Both the position numbers and the translations under genes were made by a program. A stretch of 64,000 bases of DNA from the NCBI GenBank assembly GCA_964531375.1, contig CAZHDO010000002.1, positions 21,469 through 85,468 of the forward strand, written 5' to 3'. The stretch is from an uncultured Candidatus Saccharibacteria bacterium (GTDB lineage Bacteria > Patescibacteriota > Minisyncoccia > Phycocordibacterales > UBA12445). Each line of letters begins with the position of its first letter. Positions within the stretch are counted from its first letter, which is position 1. The notes below the pieces were generated by a model. The model was not told where the DNA came from. It was given only the letters and a program-made list of their open reading frames with translations, and searched no databases. This document shows, piece by piece, positions 29,739 through 39,427 of this stretch.

Positions 29739-32564
29739 ATGAATTTTTGGAACAAAAATAAAATATTTAAACTTTTCCTAATTACATTAGTTGTTTTTTC
29801 TACGTTATTTTTAGCTGGTAAAGCACGGGCTAAAGATACAACTTTCCAGAATCAACAAATAATAAAAGAAGAACAAACGGAGACCACCGCAGCCATAGAA
29901 AACGCGAAAAATAGTATAGGAGCAGCTCCTTTAATAACAGATAAGAATAAAATTAAGGAAATAGGAGATAACTTGGCTATTGCAATTCCCTATATCGACA
30001 AGAAGATTGATGAGCAATCAAAATTAATTACTGATTTTAAAAAACAACAAGATGAAGTGAAGAAAAAAATGTCGAGAACAGGTTTGTTTGATAACGCAGA
30101 AGAAGCACAGGCTAAAATTGATTATTATAAAATAGAAAATCAACTCAAGACAGAAAACTATGTTTTATACGACCTAAAAGAAAAAAAGGCTGTATTAGAT
30201 CTTGAAAAAGCTAGAATTAGTGGGGATCAAAAACAAGTAAATGACGCAATAACAAAACTTGCTGAGGCACGTGTTAATCTAGGTTCAAATGACCACAGGA
30301 ATGACGTGGACACAAGTTTCTCTGGTATTATGACAACTGCGGTTTCAAGTCTGGTTGGTGATAAATGTACATGGGCAACACCAGGCATGCATTGTTTGTT
30401 TGATTTGATGTCGTGGGCCCTAACAGCTGTACGATATTTCCTTACAACCCTACTTAGTTATACTGCAGCAGCCTTTAATATCTCAATTGATATTTCAATA
30501 AATAATCTTTCCGGTTTCCTGTTCTCTATAAAGTCGATTGATATTGCCTGGAAAGTCTTAAGGGATTTGTGCAATATGTTTTTTCTCCTTGTAATGATGT
30601 ATATATCAATTGGAACTGTACTTCAACTTGATGGGGTGAATTGGAAAAAACAAATCGTTACACTGATATTTTCTGCACTTTTGATAAATTTTAGCATGAC
30701 GATAACTAGGGTTGTAATTGATACATCAAATATTTTTGCTGTTTATTTTTACGAACAAGCGGGCGGAGAAATGGTTGGTGTCAATTTAATAAAAAAGGTA
30801 GAAATAGATACCAATCTTGCTGGACTCAAAGAAACCGAAGGAACATCAAGTCTCGAAGGCTTAGTAAGCATGATTGGGACCTTGATACTATTAGTGTCAA
30901 CAATCTTTGTACTTCTTGCTGGTGCCATTTTAATCATCATAAGGATGGTGAGTCTCGTTTTTTTGTTAATTTTTTCACCACTACCTTGGCTAGGGGACGC
31001 AATCCCAAAATTTGGAGGTAAAATTACTGGCAGTTATTGGAATGAACTAATGGACCAGTCTTTATTTGCTCCTGCGTATATGTTTTGTTTATATTTTGCA
31101 ATGACAGTAATCAAATGCACAAATGTTTCACTACTAGGAACATTTAGTCAGGATAAATTCTCTTACAAGGTCCCTGGCGTTTCAATAATAATGTACAATG
31201 CGATTGTAATAAGCCTTATGCTTGGAGCAATAGCCGCCGCAAAAAAAATGAGTGCAGCCGGAGCTTCATTTGCAACATCAACTGCGGGCGGAATAGTGGG
31301 GGGTCTGACTGCTGGAGCAGCAGGATTTGCAGGCAGACAAACAATTGGCCGCATAGCTGGTTCTGATACTGTTACCGATTGGTTGAAAGATCAAAAGAAA
31401 AAAGGTGGCGCAACTGGCTATCTTGCTGAGACAGCAAGTGATTACATAGTAGACCCTATGGCAAAAGGCACGTACGACATTCGAGGAACAAAAGCAGCCG
31501 AGTCTTTTGAAAAAGCCTCTGATGCTAATTTTGGTAAAGCTGGTTCTGGAATGATCTTCGGAGAAGGTTGGGTCGGCGGATCTAAGGGTTATGCTGGTGG
31601 CTTAGCAGCAGCAAAAAAGGCCGAGAGACAGGCCGAAATTGACGAAAGAAAGGAGGCTACTGAGACAAACATAGAGGACGCTAAAAAAGAAATAGTTAGA
31701 TTGGCATCCACCCCAGGCGCTAACCCCGACGATATTAGAAAGAACCTTGGTTATCTAAACAAAGATAATTTCCTAGCAACTGTTGAGAAAAACCCAACCT
31801 TACTAATAAACAACGACATTACAAAATGGCTATCGGAAGATCAGATAAAAACATTAACAGATCCATCTAATAAAAAATCTTACGATGCTTTAGAAAAACA
31901 ATTATTACCAAAAACGCAAAATCCAAACGATAACAATAATCCATATACCAAGCTATCAGATTATCTAGAAGATCAAATGGGTGGCAACACAAAAAACAAA
32001 TCTGGGCGTTCTTATGCAGAGGTCAAGAGAGCAAAAAGAGCCCTTGATTCTGCAGTAAACAGCGGATTAACAACTGGTAATTTCGGTGGTGTAACGAGTA
32101 TAATAACAGGTCTAGCTGCTGGAAAAATTACAGACATAGCCGATGATTTATTTGACAGTACAGGCGCACTAAAAGGAGGAGTGGTAGAAGCACTAGGACC
32201 TAAAGAGCTGGGAGAACTAATTATCGGAAAATCGCTAAACAACACACAAACAACGGAACTAGGTTCAAAAGTTAGAGCCAGACTAGATACAATAAGAAAT
32301 GGAACGACAACGGAAGAAGACGATATTAGTAAAGACAGAATTCCTGATCCAGCAGGCGGAACCATGGATGACCCAGGTGGGGCAATGGAACCACATCCAA
32401 TCACAAGACAGCCTAGAATTAAGCAAGTTCCAAAGACCATCTCTGTTAAAATAAGAGTCCCAGCTGAAATGAAGCAAGACCCAAAGAAAACAGGAGATTT
32501 GCTGTTTAAAGACAAACAATTACAGAAACTTAGTGAATACCTGGATGGTCAAAAGATTTTCTAA
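29739..32564 (+). CDS. VirB6/TrbL-like polytopic membrane protein
   Basis: AWKVLRDLCNMFF, ALLINFS, TRVVIDTSN and IIIRMVSL..LLIFSPL; several TM helices and long soluble termini. Confidence 0.7.
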   Translation: MNFWNKNKIFKLFLITLVVFSTLFLAGKARAKDTTFQNQQIIKEEQTETTAAIENAKNSIGAAPLITDKNKIKEIGDNLAIAIPYIDKKIDEQSKLITDFKKQQDEVKKKMSRTGLFDNAEEAQAKIDYYKIENQLKTENYVLYDLKEKKAVLDLEKARISGDQKQVNDAITKLAEARVNLGSNDHRNDVDTSFSGIMTTAVSSLVGDKCTWATPGMHCLFDLMSWALTAVRYFLTTLLSYTAAAFNISIDISINNLSGFLFSIKSIDIAWKVLRDLCNMFFLLVMMYISIGTVLQLDGVNWKKQIVTLIFSALLINFSMTITRVVIDTSNIFAVYFYEQAGGEMVGVNLIKKVEIDTNLAGLKETEGTSSLEGLVSMIGTLILLVSTIFVLLAGAILIIIRMVSLVFLLIFSPLPWLGDAIPKFGGKITGSYWNELMDQSLFAPAYMFCLYFAMTVIKCTNVSLLGTFSQDKFSYKVPGVSIIMYNAIVISLMLGAIAAAKKMSAAGASFATSTAGGIVGGLTAGAAGFAGRQTIGRIAGSDTVTDWLKDQKKKGGATGYLAETASDYIVDPMAKGTYDIRGTKAAESFEKASDANFGKAGSGMIFGEGWVGGSKGYAGGLAAAKKAERQAEIDERKEATETNIEDAKKEIVRLASTPGANPDDIRKNLGYLNKDNFLATVEKNPTLLINNDITKWLSEDQIKTLTDPSNKKSYDALEKQLLPKTQNPNDNNNPYTKLSDYLEDQMGGNTKNKSGRSYAEVKRAKRALDSAVNSGLTTGNFGGVTSIITGLAAGKITDIADDLFDSTGALKGGVVEALGPKELGELIIGKSLNNTQTTELGSKVRARLDTIRNGTTTEEDDISKDRIPDPAGGTMDDPGGAMEPHPITRQPRIKQVPKTISVKIRVPAEMKQDPKKTGDLLFKDKQLQKLSEYLDGQKIF

Positions 32565-32573
32565 TCATAAAAC

Positions 32574-33185
32574 ATGGAACATACAAAAGAACAAGTAAAT
32601 AATATTTTTCAATCACTACCGGTTGAAATAAAAACTGCAATTTTATCAGTTGAAACCTTTGATTCTATTGTAGAAATATCTCAAAAACACCAACTACACC
32701 TAGACCAACAATCTACACTTGGTCAGGAAACAGGGAATATTTTACTTGGAATCTCTGACCCACTAGATTTCGTGTCAACAATAAGTACAAAACTAGGAAT
32801 TGATAAAAACATAGCCAATCAAATTGTTGGCGAAATAAATGAGAAAATATTTAGTAAAGTTAAAGATTCACTAAGAAATATTCACAACGCTGCAAATAAG
32901 AAAGAGGTTCCAGTAAGTCCTGTGCCAGTTGCACCAAACCTTATTAAAAATACCGAAACACAAAATTTGAATGTTCCACAAAAAACATTAGATGTATTAC
33001 AAGGGAAGGGGGTTGTCACAGAACAAAAACACGACACAAGTATTCTCGGATTTTCAGTAGAGAAAATTGCCGACAAACCAACTAACATTCTAAGCCAGAA
33101 AATGAACGGAAGCTTCAATATGCCAAAAAACGAAACAGAAAATGGAACACAGAAAATAACAGATCCGTACTTAGAAAGTATATAG
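32574..33185 (+). CDS. hypothetical protein of the T4SS-like cluster
   Basis: HQLHLDQ, EINEKIF and C-terminal DPYLE. Confidence 0.65.
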   Translation: MEHTKEQVNNIFQSLPVEIKTAILSVETFDSIVEISQKHQLHLDQQSTLGQETGNILLGISDPLDFVSTISTKLGIDKNIANQIVGEINEKIFSKVKDSLRNIHNAANKKEVPVSPVPVAPNLIKNTETQNLNVPQKTLDVLQGKGVVTEQKHDTSILGFSVEKIADKPTNILSQKMNGSFNMPKNETENGTQKITDPYLESI

Positions 33186-33349
33186 TATTGCGTATAAGTA
33201 TTTAGCATAAACACGAAAAGTATTAAGTATGGGTATATAGTGTTTAGTATAAATACACAAAGAGAAAAAAGACAAAATAAATAAAAAAAATGAGATATAA
33301 AATGCCAAATACCAGATACTACATACTTAATACAAAATACATAATACTG
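33176..33349. repeat. heptamer inverted-repeat element A
   Basis: Two runs of five TAGTATT-like units, a spacer, then seven AATACNN-like units. Confidence 0.85.
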
Positions 33350-33390
33350 AAATTGCATATTTTTATTAATAATTCTTATTAATAAAAAAA

Positions 33391-33819
33391 ATGCAATTTC
33401 AAGTTCCACAATTTATTGAAATAGAGGATAAAATAATAGGGCCTTTTACATTTTTCCAATTTATGTATCTTCTTGGTGGTTTTGGAGGTGGATATGCCTT
33501 ATATAGACTACTAGAACCATATTTAGGTAGTTTGGTTTATGTCGTAGTGGTACCTTTGATTATCTTTTCACTTGCATTGGCATTCTATAAAGTAAACGAA
33601 AGGCCATTTATAAATATCGTTGAGTCTTGGATAAAGTTTAAATTTAGCGGGAAAAGATATTTGTGGAAAAAGGAAGAAATAGTTATTAAAAAACAGGCTG
33701 ACGATATCGATATTTTAATCAGAAATGCCGGCACACAAAAAGCAGTCGTCCCAAAACTTACATCAGGAAGATTAAAAGACATTGCTTGGAGTTTAGATAT
33801 ACAGGAGAAGATAAAGTAA
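33391..33819 (+). CDS. PrgI-family (VirB3-like) membrane protein
   Basis: MQFQVPQFIEIEDKIIGPFT, two TM helices and NERPF. Confidence 0.85.
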   Translation: MQFQVPQFIEIEDKIIGPFTFFQFMYLLGGFGGGYALYRLLEPYLGSLVYVVVVPLIIFSLALAFYKVNERPFINIVESWIKFKFSGKRYLWKKEEIVIKKQADDIDILIRNAGTQKAVVPKLTSGRLKDIAWSLDIQEKIK

Positions 33820-34355
33820 GTATTGGGTATAAAGTATTTAGTATTTAGTATAAAGAGAAAAAGTATTAAGTATCGGGTATATAGTATTTAGTATAAATAC
33901 AAAACAAGACAAAATAAACAAAAAAATTATGTATCGTGTATAATATATTAGAGCATGGAAAAAATAAAGAGTTTTACTGATTTAAATACATGGAAAGAAG
34001 GGCATTCATTAGCTTTATCTGTTTATGAAATAACAAAATCATTTCCAAAAGAAGAAATATTTAGCCTTACCAACCAAATGAGACGATGCGCAGTGTCAAT
34101 TACATCAAATATAGCCGAAGGATTTAGTAGAAGGTCAAAAAAAGAAAAAATACAATTTTATTCAATATCACTGGGATCTATAACAGAACTACAAAATCAG
34201 TTAATCATATCAAAAGACATAAAATACTTGATGCAGGAAAAATTTACCACAATGTTTGACCAAGCCACGAAGACTCAAAGAATGATATATGGATTAATAA
34301 AAAGTGCAAAAGATGTTGTTTATACATAATACGTAATACAAAATACTAAATACAT
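33818..34355. repeat. heptamer element B enclosing the four-helix-bundle gene
   Basis: Left arm 33818-33895 (5+5 units) and right arm 34321-34355 (5 units). Confidence 0.85.
33955..34329 (+). CDS. four-helix-bundle protein (23S rRNA IVP / Avd-like family)
   Basis: SFTDL..WK, YEITKSFPKEEIFSLTNQMRRCAVSITSNIAEG and SLGSITEL. Confidence 0.92.
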   Translation: MEKIKSFTDLNTWKEGHSLALSVYEITKSFPKEEIFSLTNQMRRCAVSITSNIAEGFSRRSKKEKIQFYSISLGSITELQNQLIISKDIKYLMQEKFTTMFDQATKTQRMIYGLIKSAKDVVYT

Positions 34356-34361
34356 ATAAAT

Positions 34362-35015
34362 ATGGCGAATAAAAGTACACAAGATTTCGTTCCGGTAGAC
34401 AAAATACATGATGGAATAGTTGTTCTGAAAGATGGGACAATGCTTGTTGTTTTTATGTGCTCGTCTTTAAATTTCGCGTTAAAATCAGCCGACGAACAGC
34501 AGGCTGTAATAATGCAATATCAAAATTTCTTAAACTCGCTAGATTTCACTGTTCAAATACTTGTTCAATCAAGAAGGCTTGATATTAAGCCATATTTAAA
34601 CTCTCTCAACGACAGAATGAGCTTGCAATCAAACGACCTACTTAAAATACAACTAAAAGAATATATTAACTTCATAAGAAATTTCACAGAGGGGGTTAAT
34701 ATTATGGAAAAATCTTTTTATGTTGTGGTTCCATATCAGCCAATGACTTTTATACAGCCAGGTAGTACAAGTAGCGGAATACTGTCTTCGATAACTGGGT
34801 TTTTTGGTAAAAGCGAAAACAAAATGGCTGAAAAGAAACAAGAATTACTTACCTTTGAAGAGAATAGAAGCCAGCTGGAACAAAGAGCAGGAGTGGTATC
34901 ACAAGGCCTCAGTAGGACAGGTGTTAGGACAGTCGCGCTAGGTACCGAAGAATTAATCGAACTTTTTTACAGAATATTTAACCCAGAAGACCAAGGTGGT
35001 GTGCCGAAGGTGTAG
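34362..35015 (+). CDS. T4SS-associated protein (TraC/VirB4 N-terminal-like)
   Basis: STQDFVP, NFALKS.DEQ, FLNSLDF and FYVVVPY; adjacent to the VirB4-like gene. Confidence 0.7.
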   Translation: MANKSTQDFVPVDKIHDGIVVLKDGTMLVVFMCSSLNFALKSADEQQAVIMQYQNFLNSLDFTVQILVQSRRLDIKPYLNSLNDRMSLQSNDLLKIQLKEYINFIRNFTEGVNIMEKSFYVVVPYQPMTFIQPGSTSSGILSSITGFFGKSENKMAEKKQELLTFEENRSQLEQRAGVVSQGLSRTGVRTVALGTEELIELFYRIFNPEDQGGVPKV

Positions 35016-35031
35016 GAAGGGGGTGGAGGGG

Positions 35032-35130
35032 AAGTATTAAGTATTTGGTATTATGTATTGTGTATATTAAATTTTATACAAAACACGAAACACCAAATAC
35101 TAGATACTAAATACAAAATACTTAATACTT
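35032..35130. repeat. heptamer element C
   Basis: 5 + 8 units with a perfect 15-bp terminal inverted repeat AAGTATTAAGTATTT/AAATACTTAATACTT. Confidence 0.9.
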
Positions 35131-35140
35131 TGTAAAATAT

Positions 35141-36943
35141 ATGAGCTTTTTTGGAAAACAAAACGACGAAAATAAAATAGAGACAATTCTACCGCAGGAT
35201 ATATATTCTGGTGGGGTTTTGGAGCTCAAGGATATTATTTCTCCTTCAGCGCTAGAAATTGGATCAAATAGCATTAAACTAGGGGAGAAGATAGCGAGGA
35301 CGTTTTTCGTCATTTCTTATCCTAGGTTTTTGTCTGAAAACTGGTTTTCTCCAATAATAAATCTCGACAAAATATTCGATGTTTCTCTTGTAATACACCC
35401 GATAGACACATCCACAGTCCTTCATCAACTTCAAAAGAAACTAGCTGAAGTACAAAGCCAAATACACTCCAACGAAACAAAAGGAATGGTCCGAGATCCT
35501 ATGCTCGACACAGCTTTTCAAGACATAGAGACATTAAGAGACCAATTATCCCAAGCCAGAGAGAAAATTTTTGACGTCGGACTTTATCTCACAATGTACG
35601 CCAACAGTGAAGAGGAACTAAATAAGGTTGAAGCTGAAATTAAAACGATAATGGAATCAAGGCTGGTGTATATAAAACCTGCTCTTTTTCAACAAGAAGA
35701 AGGGTTTAATAGTATTATGCCAATCGCATCAGACGCGCTAGCCGTGAACACTAAACTTAACTCGGCTCCGCTTTCTAGTATTTTCCCCTTTATCTCTTTT
35801 GACCTTACTTCAAACAAAGGAATTTTATATGGAATAAATAGACACAACTCCAGCCTTATAATCTTCGACAGATTTTCACTTGAAAACTACAACTCTGTTA
35901 TCTTTGCCAAAGCTGGCTCTGGTAAATCTTATTTTACAAAACTGGAAATTTTAAGGTCTTTAATGTTCGATGTAGATGTAATTGTAATTGACCCTGAAAA
36001 AGAATATGAATTCCTAGCAGAAGCTGTCGGGGGTAGGTATTTTAATATTTCCCTCTCGTCAGAACACCACATAAATCCTTTTGACCTTCCACCAGTAAGA
36101 GAAGATGAATCTCCATCTGATGTTTTGAGATCTCACATTATTAGTCTCGTGGGGTTGTTTAGAATAATGCTTGGAGGAATGTCGCCAGAAGAAAGCTCTG
36201 TTATGGATAATGCGATAATGGAGACATACGCCCTTAAAGATATAACAGCGGATAATGATTTCACAAACGCAAATCCTCCGCTTATGTCTGACCTTGAACT
36301 CGTGCTCGCGGGTATGGACGGGGGGGCATCGCTTGCACAAAGGCTTCTTAAATACACACAAGGAACTTGGTCCGGATTCTTAAACAGACCAACAAACATC
36401 GACATCAATAAAAAATTCATAGTATTTTCTGTTCGCGATATGGAAGACGAACTCAAGCCTATCGCAATGCACATAATAATGAATAATATTTGGGGCTCAA
36501 TCAGAAGAGACCTGAAAAAGAGAATGCTTATTATCGACGAGGCGTGGTGGATGATGAAATCGCCAGATACCGCTTCATTCTTATACAGCCTCGCAAAAAG
36601 AGGTAGAAAATATTATCTCGGTGTGACAACAATTACACAAGACGTCGCCGATTTTTTAAACTCGCCATACGGTATTCCTATCATTACGAACTCTTCAATG
36701 CAGATAATATTAAAACAATCTCCAGCCTCGATAGGCCTTGTTCAAAAAACGTTCAACCTGACCGACGAAGAGAAGTTTTTGCTTTTAGAGTCGAATGTGG
36801 GGGAGGGAATCTTCTTTGCTGGCTTGAAGCACGTTGCAATTAAAGTAATCGCTTCATACACCGAAGATCAAATAATAACATCAGATCCATCACAGATATT
36901 AGCGATTAAAAAAGCAAAAGAAGATTTAAGAGCGACGGAGTAG
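35141..36943 (+). CDS. VirB4-like ATPase
   Basis: AKAGSGKS Walker A, IDPEKEY, INPFD, IIDEAW, RGRKY and TQD motifs. Confidence 0.88.
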   Translation: MSFFGKQNDENKIETILPQDIYSGGVLELKDIISPSALEIGSNSIKLGEKIARTFFVISYPRFLSENWFSPIINLDKIFDVSLVIHPIDTSTVLHQLQKKLAEVQSQIHSNETKGMVRDPMLDTAFQDIETLRDQLSQAREKIFDVGLYLTMYANSEEELNKVEAEIKTIMESRLVYIKPALFQQEEGFNSIMPIASDALAVNTKLNSAPLSSIFPFISFDLTSNKGILYGINRHNSSLIIFDRFSLENYNSVIFAKAGSGKSYFTKLEILRSLMFDVDVIVIDPEKEYEFLAEAVGGRYFNISLSSEHHINPFDLPPVREDESPSDVLRSHIISLVGLFRIMLGGMSPEESSVMDNAIMETYALKDITADNDFTNANPPLMSDLELVLAGMDGGASLAQRLLKYTQGTWSGFLNRPTNIDINKKFIVFSVRDMEDELKPIAMHIIMNNIWGSIRRDLKKRMLIIDEAWWMMKSPDTASFLYSLAKRGRKYYLGVTTITQDVADFLNSPYGIPIITNSSMQIILKQSPASIGLVQKTFNLTDEEKFLLLESNVGEGIFFAGLKHVAIKVIASYTEDQIITSDPSQILAIKKAKEDLRATE

Positions 36944-36950
36944 GAGGGGT

Positions 36951-37001
36951 AAGTATTTAGTATTAGGTATTTGGTATTTAGTATAAAAATACACAATACA
37001 A
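36951..37001. repeat. heptamer element D
   Basis: AAGTATT TAGTATT AGGTATT TGGTATT TAGTATA plus two inverted units. Confidence 0.8.
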
Positions 37002-37009
37002 ATAAAAAA

Positions 37010-37609
37010 ATGCCAGAAGAAAATACGCCGACATTAGACAAAGCAGACTGGTTAAGCCTTTATCTCGTGGCCATTTTTTTTGATGTTATGGGCTGGTTGA
37101 TGGCTTTTGTGGATATTTTTTTGTTAGGGTGGGGAGGGTTCTTTTTAAATCTTTCTGGGGGGGCCACTTTCTCACTTTGGTTAGCAATCTGGAAAGACAA
37201 ATTCGGTGGTTTTGGTAAAATATCAACGACGTTTATAATTGTTTTTCTTTTAGAAGCAACCCCTATTGTGGGCGATGTTTTACCACTTTGGACTGGCATG
37301 ATTTACAGGTTACAAAAAAATCACGAAAAAAACCTAATGGGTACAATAACAGGCACCATCAAAGACAAAGCAACAAAAAAGAAAGAGCAGGACGAGAGAA
37401 GAAAAAAAGAGGAGGACGAAAAAAAGAAAAAAACAGAAGAAGATGGAAGAAGGGAAGAAGAAAGAAGAGAACAACAAAGACAAAAGGAAATGGATGAGAA
37501 GAAAGCAGAAAGACTGGAAAATGGAAAAAGTAGCCAAAATGAAAAGGAGGTAGGTGAAAATAAAAATGAGGGTCTGGAAGAAGCCCAACCTGCACAACAA
37601 GTAGAATAA
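37010..37609 (+). CDS. membrane protein with charged C-terminal tail
   Basis: About three TM segments, a LEATPIVGDVLPLWT motif and an E/K/R-rich tail; start moved to ATG 37010. Confidence 0.65.
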   Translation: MPEENTPTLDKADWLSLYLVAIFFDVMGWLMAFVDIFLLGWGGFFLNLSGGATFSLWLAIWKDKFGGFGKISTTFIIVFLLEATPIVGDVLPLWTGMIYRLQKNHEKNLMGTITGTIKDKATKKKEQDERRKKEEDEKKKKTEEDGRREEERREQQRQKEMDEKKAERLENGKSSQNEKEVGENKNEGLEEAQPAQQVE

Positions 37610-37617
37610 ACAAAAAT

Positions 37618-38622
37618 ATGAAAAAATATCTAGCTCAAATAATTTTAATATCAACAATACTCCTACCACTTAGCGTTGGGGCCGTTGCGACAACTCCGAC
37701 CATTGGGGGTAATTTATCCATAGAGCTCGAACCAAAAAATCCAGGAAGTATGACTTTTGTAAAGGCAACAGCAGTGAGCTTCGAGGCTGAGCTAGGAAGC
37801 GCAACAATATCTTGGTATTTAAATGGAAAACTGGAAAGGGAAGGGGTTGGTCAAAATAATTTTACTTTTCAAACAGACAAACCAGGCCAAATTTCAATAA
37901 TCAAAACCGTAATAAAAACTGATAAAAAACAAATAGAAAAAACAATTTTAATAAATCCCGCTGATGTTGATATTGTTTGGGAAGCGAATACATACACAAC
38001 TCCTTTTTATAAAGGAAAGGCCCTAGCTTCTCCAAGCAGTACTATAAAAATAACAGCTATTCCAAGTATAATTTCTAACCAAGGAACTGCTCTTTCTCCA
38101 GCAAATCTAACATATAAATGGAAATATAATTACGAAAACTTATTATCTGGAATTGGAAAACAAAACGCAGAAATAAAGACTGGATCTCCTTTTACAGATA
38201 ACGTTATTTCTGTGGTTGTATCAGACAATACTGGTAGTATCGTCGCCGAAAAAACGATAAAAATCAGACCTGAAAACCCTAATATTGTTTTTTATGAAGA
38301 CAAATCAATAGAAGGAACAAACTACAACATGGCTTTAGATAATACTTATAATTTAAGTGAAAAAGAAAGCACTGTTAGAGCAGAGCCATATTTCTTTTCT
38401 TACCCGAAATCTGCAACCGAGAATAATCTGTTATTTAGTTGGGCATTAAATAGCAACGGCATTGCACCAAACGACGGCAGTCCTAAGATAATTACCCTCA
38501 GAAATGAAACTGGCAAAAATATCACATCGGAACTTTCTCTTTCAATAGAAAATACAATGCAAGTATTTCAGTCTGCAATTAACAAACTAACAATAAAAGC
38601 AACATCTGGCCTTGGTTTTTAA
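37618..38622 (+). CDS. secreted beta-rich hypothetical protein
   Basis: Signal peptide; WEANTY.PFYKGKAL and AEPYFFS. Confidence 0.7.
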   Translation: MKKYLAQIILISTILLPLSVGAVATTPTIGGNLSIELEPKNPGSMTFVKATAVSFEAELGSATISWYLNGKLEREGVGQNNFTFQTDKPGQISIIKTVIKTDKKQIEKTILINPADVDIVWEANTYTTPFYKGKALASPSSTIKITAIPSIISNQGTALSPANLTYKWKYNYENLLSGIGKQNAEIKTGSPFTDNVISVVVSDNTGSIVAEKTIKIRPENPNIVFYEDKSIEGTNYNMALDNTYNLSEKESTVRAEPYFFSYPKSATENNLLFSWALNSNGIAPNDGSPKIITLRNETGKNITSELSLSIENTMQVFQSAINKLTIKATSGLGF

Positions 38623-38631
38623 TCGAAAAAA

Positions 38632-39414
38632 ATGAAAAATAAAACTTTTAAAAATGTAATAAGAAAAATGTTGGCGGTTCTTTGTTTTTTTATGCCAATA
38701 ATTTCATTTGCAGCCACAACTGGCTATATACCACTGGAACCACTGCCTGGGTTAAAATCCACGGACGGAGTTGTAAGTCCTGGTGATTATATTAAGTCTG
38801 CATATTGGTATGTTCTCGGAATGACGATTGCACTTTCTGTTTTAATGATGGTTGTCGGCGGCCTACAATACACACTCACTTGGGCAGATCCCGGCCAAGC
38901 AGGGGAAGGAAAGAAAAGGATCGAAAGTGCCGTTATTGGACTAATTCTTGCCTTACTATCTTGGCTTATTCTTTATACAATTAACCCACGGTTAGTTGAT
39001 TTAAGCATGCCGACAGCAAAAGAGTGTGAAAAGGCACCAACCGCATCAACAAACACAACAGTTATACCAGTATCTGGAAACGCAAGTGGTAGTGGAGCAG
39101 TAGGTCCAACAATCGAGGCACAAAAAGAACTGGAGGCTTTAAAGAAAAAAATAAAAGAAATTCCTGATATGAATAAACCAACAGAGACATCAGGATGGGA
39201 TCCCCTTTTGCAAATTCAACCACCAACACAAAACCCTAATCCAACCACAATAACAACACCTCCAGCCCCAACACCAACTCCGACTCCAGCGCCTACTCCA
39301 ACACCAGCACAAGAAAAACCAACAACATCAACACAAGCACCCTTTACCACAAACAATGGTTGGACATTTCACGAGGTTCCGATAGAACAACCTAATAATA
39401 ATCAAGGAGATTAA
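38632..39414 (+). CDS. VirB2/TrbC-like pilin with Pro/Thr-rich tail
   Basis: Signal peptide, MMVVGGLQY...GKKRIESAVIGLILALLSWLILYTINP and PT repeats. Confidence 0.7.
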   Translation: MKNKTFKNVIRKMLAVLCFFMPIISFAATTGYIPLEPLPGLKSTDGVVSPGDYIKSAYWYVLGMTIALSVLMMVVGGLQYTLTWADPGQAGEGKKRIESAVIGLILALLSWLILYTINPRLVDLSMPTAKECEKAPTASTNTTVIPVSGNASGSGAVGPTIEAQKELEALKKKIKEIPDMNKPTETSGWDPLLQIQPPTQNPNPTTITTPPAPTPTPTPAPTPTPAQEKPTTSTQAPFTTNNGWTFHEVPIEQPNNNQGD

Positions 39415-39427
39415 GCATTATTTAGCA

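Noticed and set aside
33955-34329. Four-helix-bundle gene as the Avd of a DGR, or as a 23S intervening sequence
   Set aside because: No reverse transcriptase, TR/VR pair or rRNA sequence is seen in the window.
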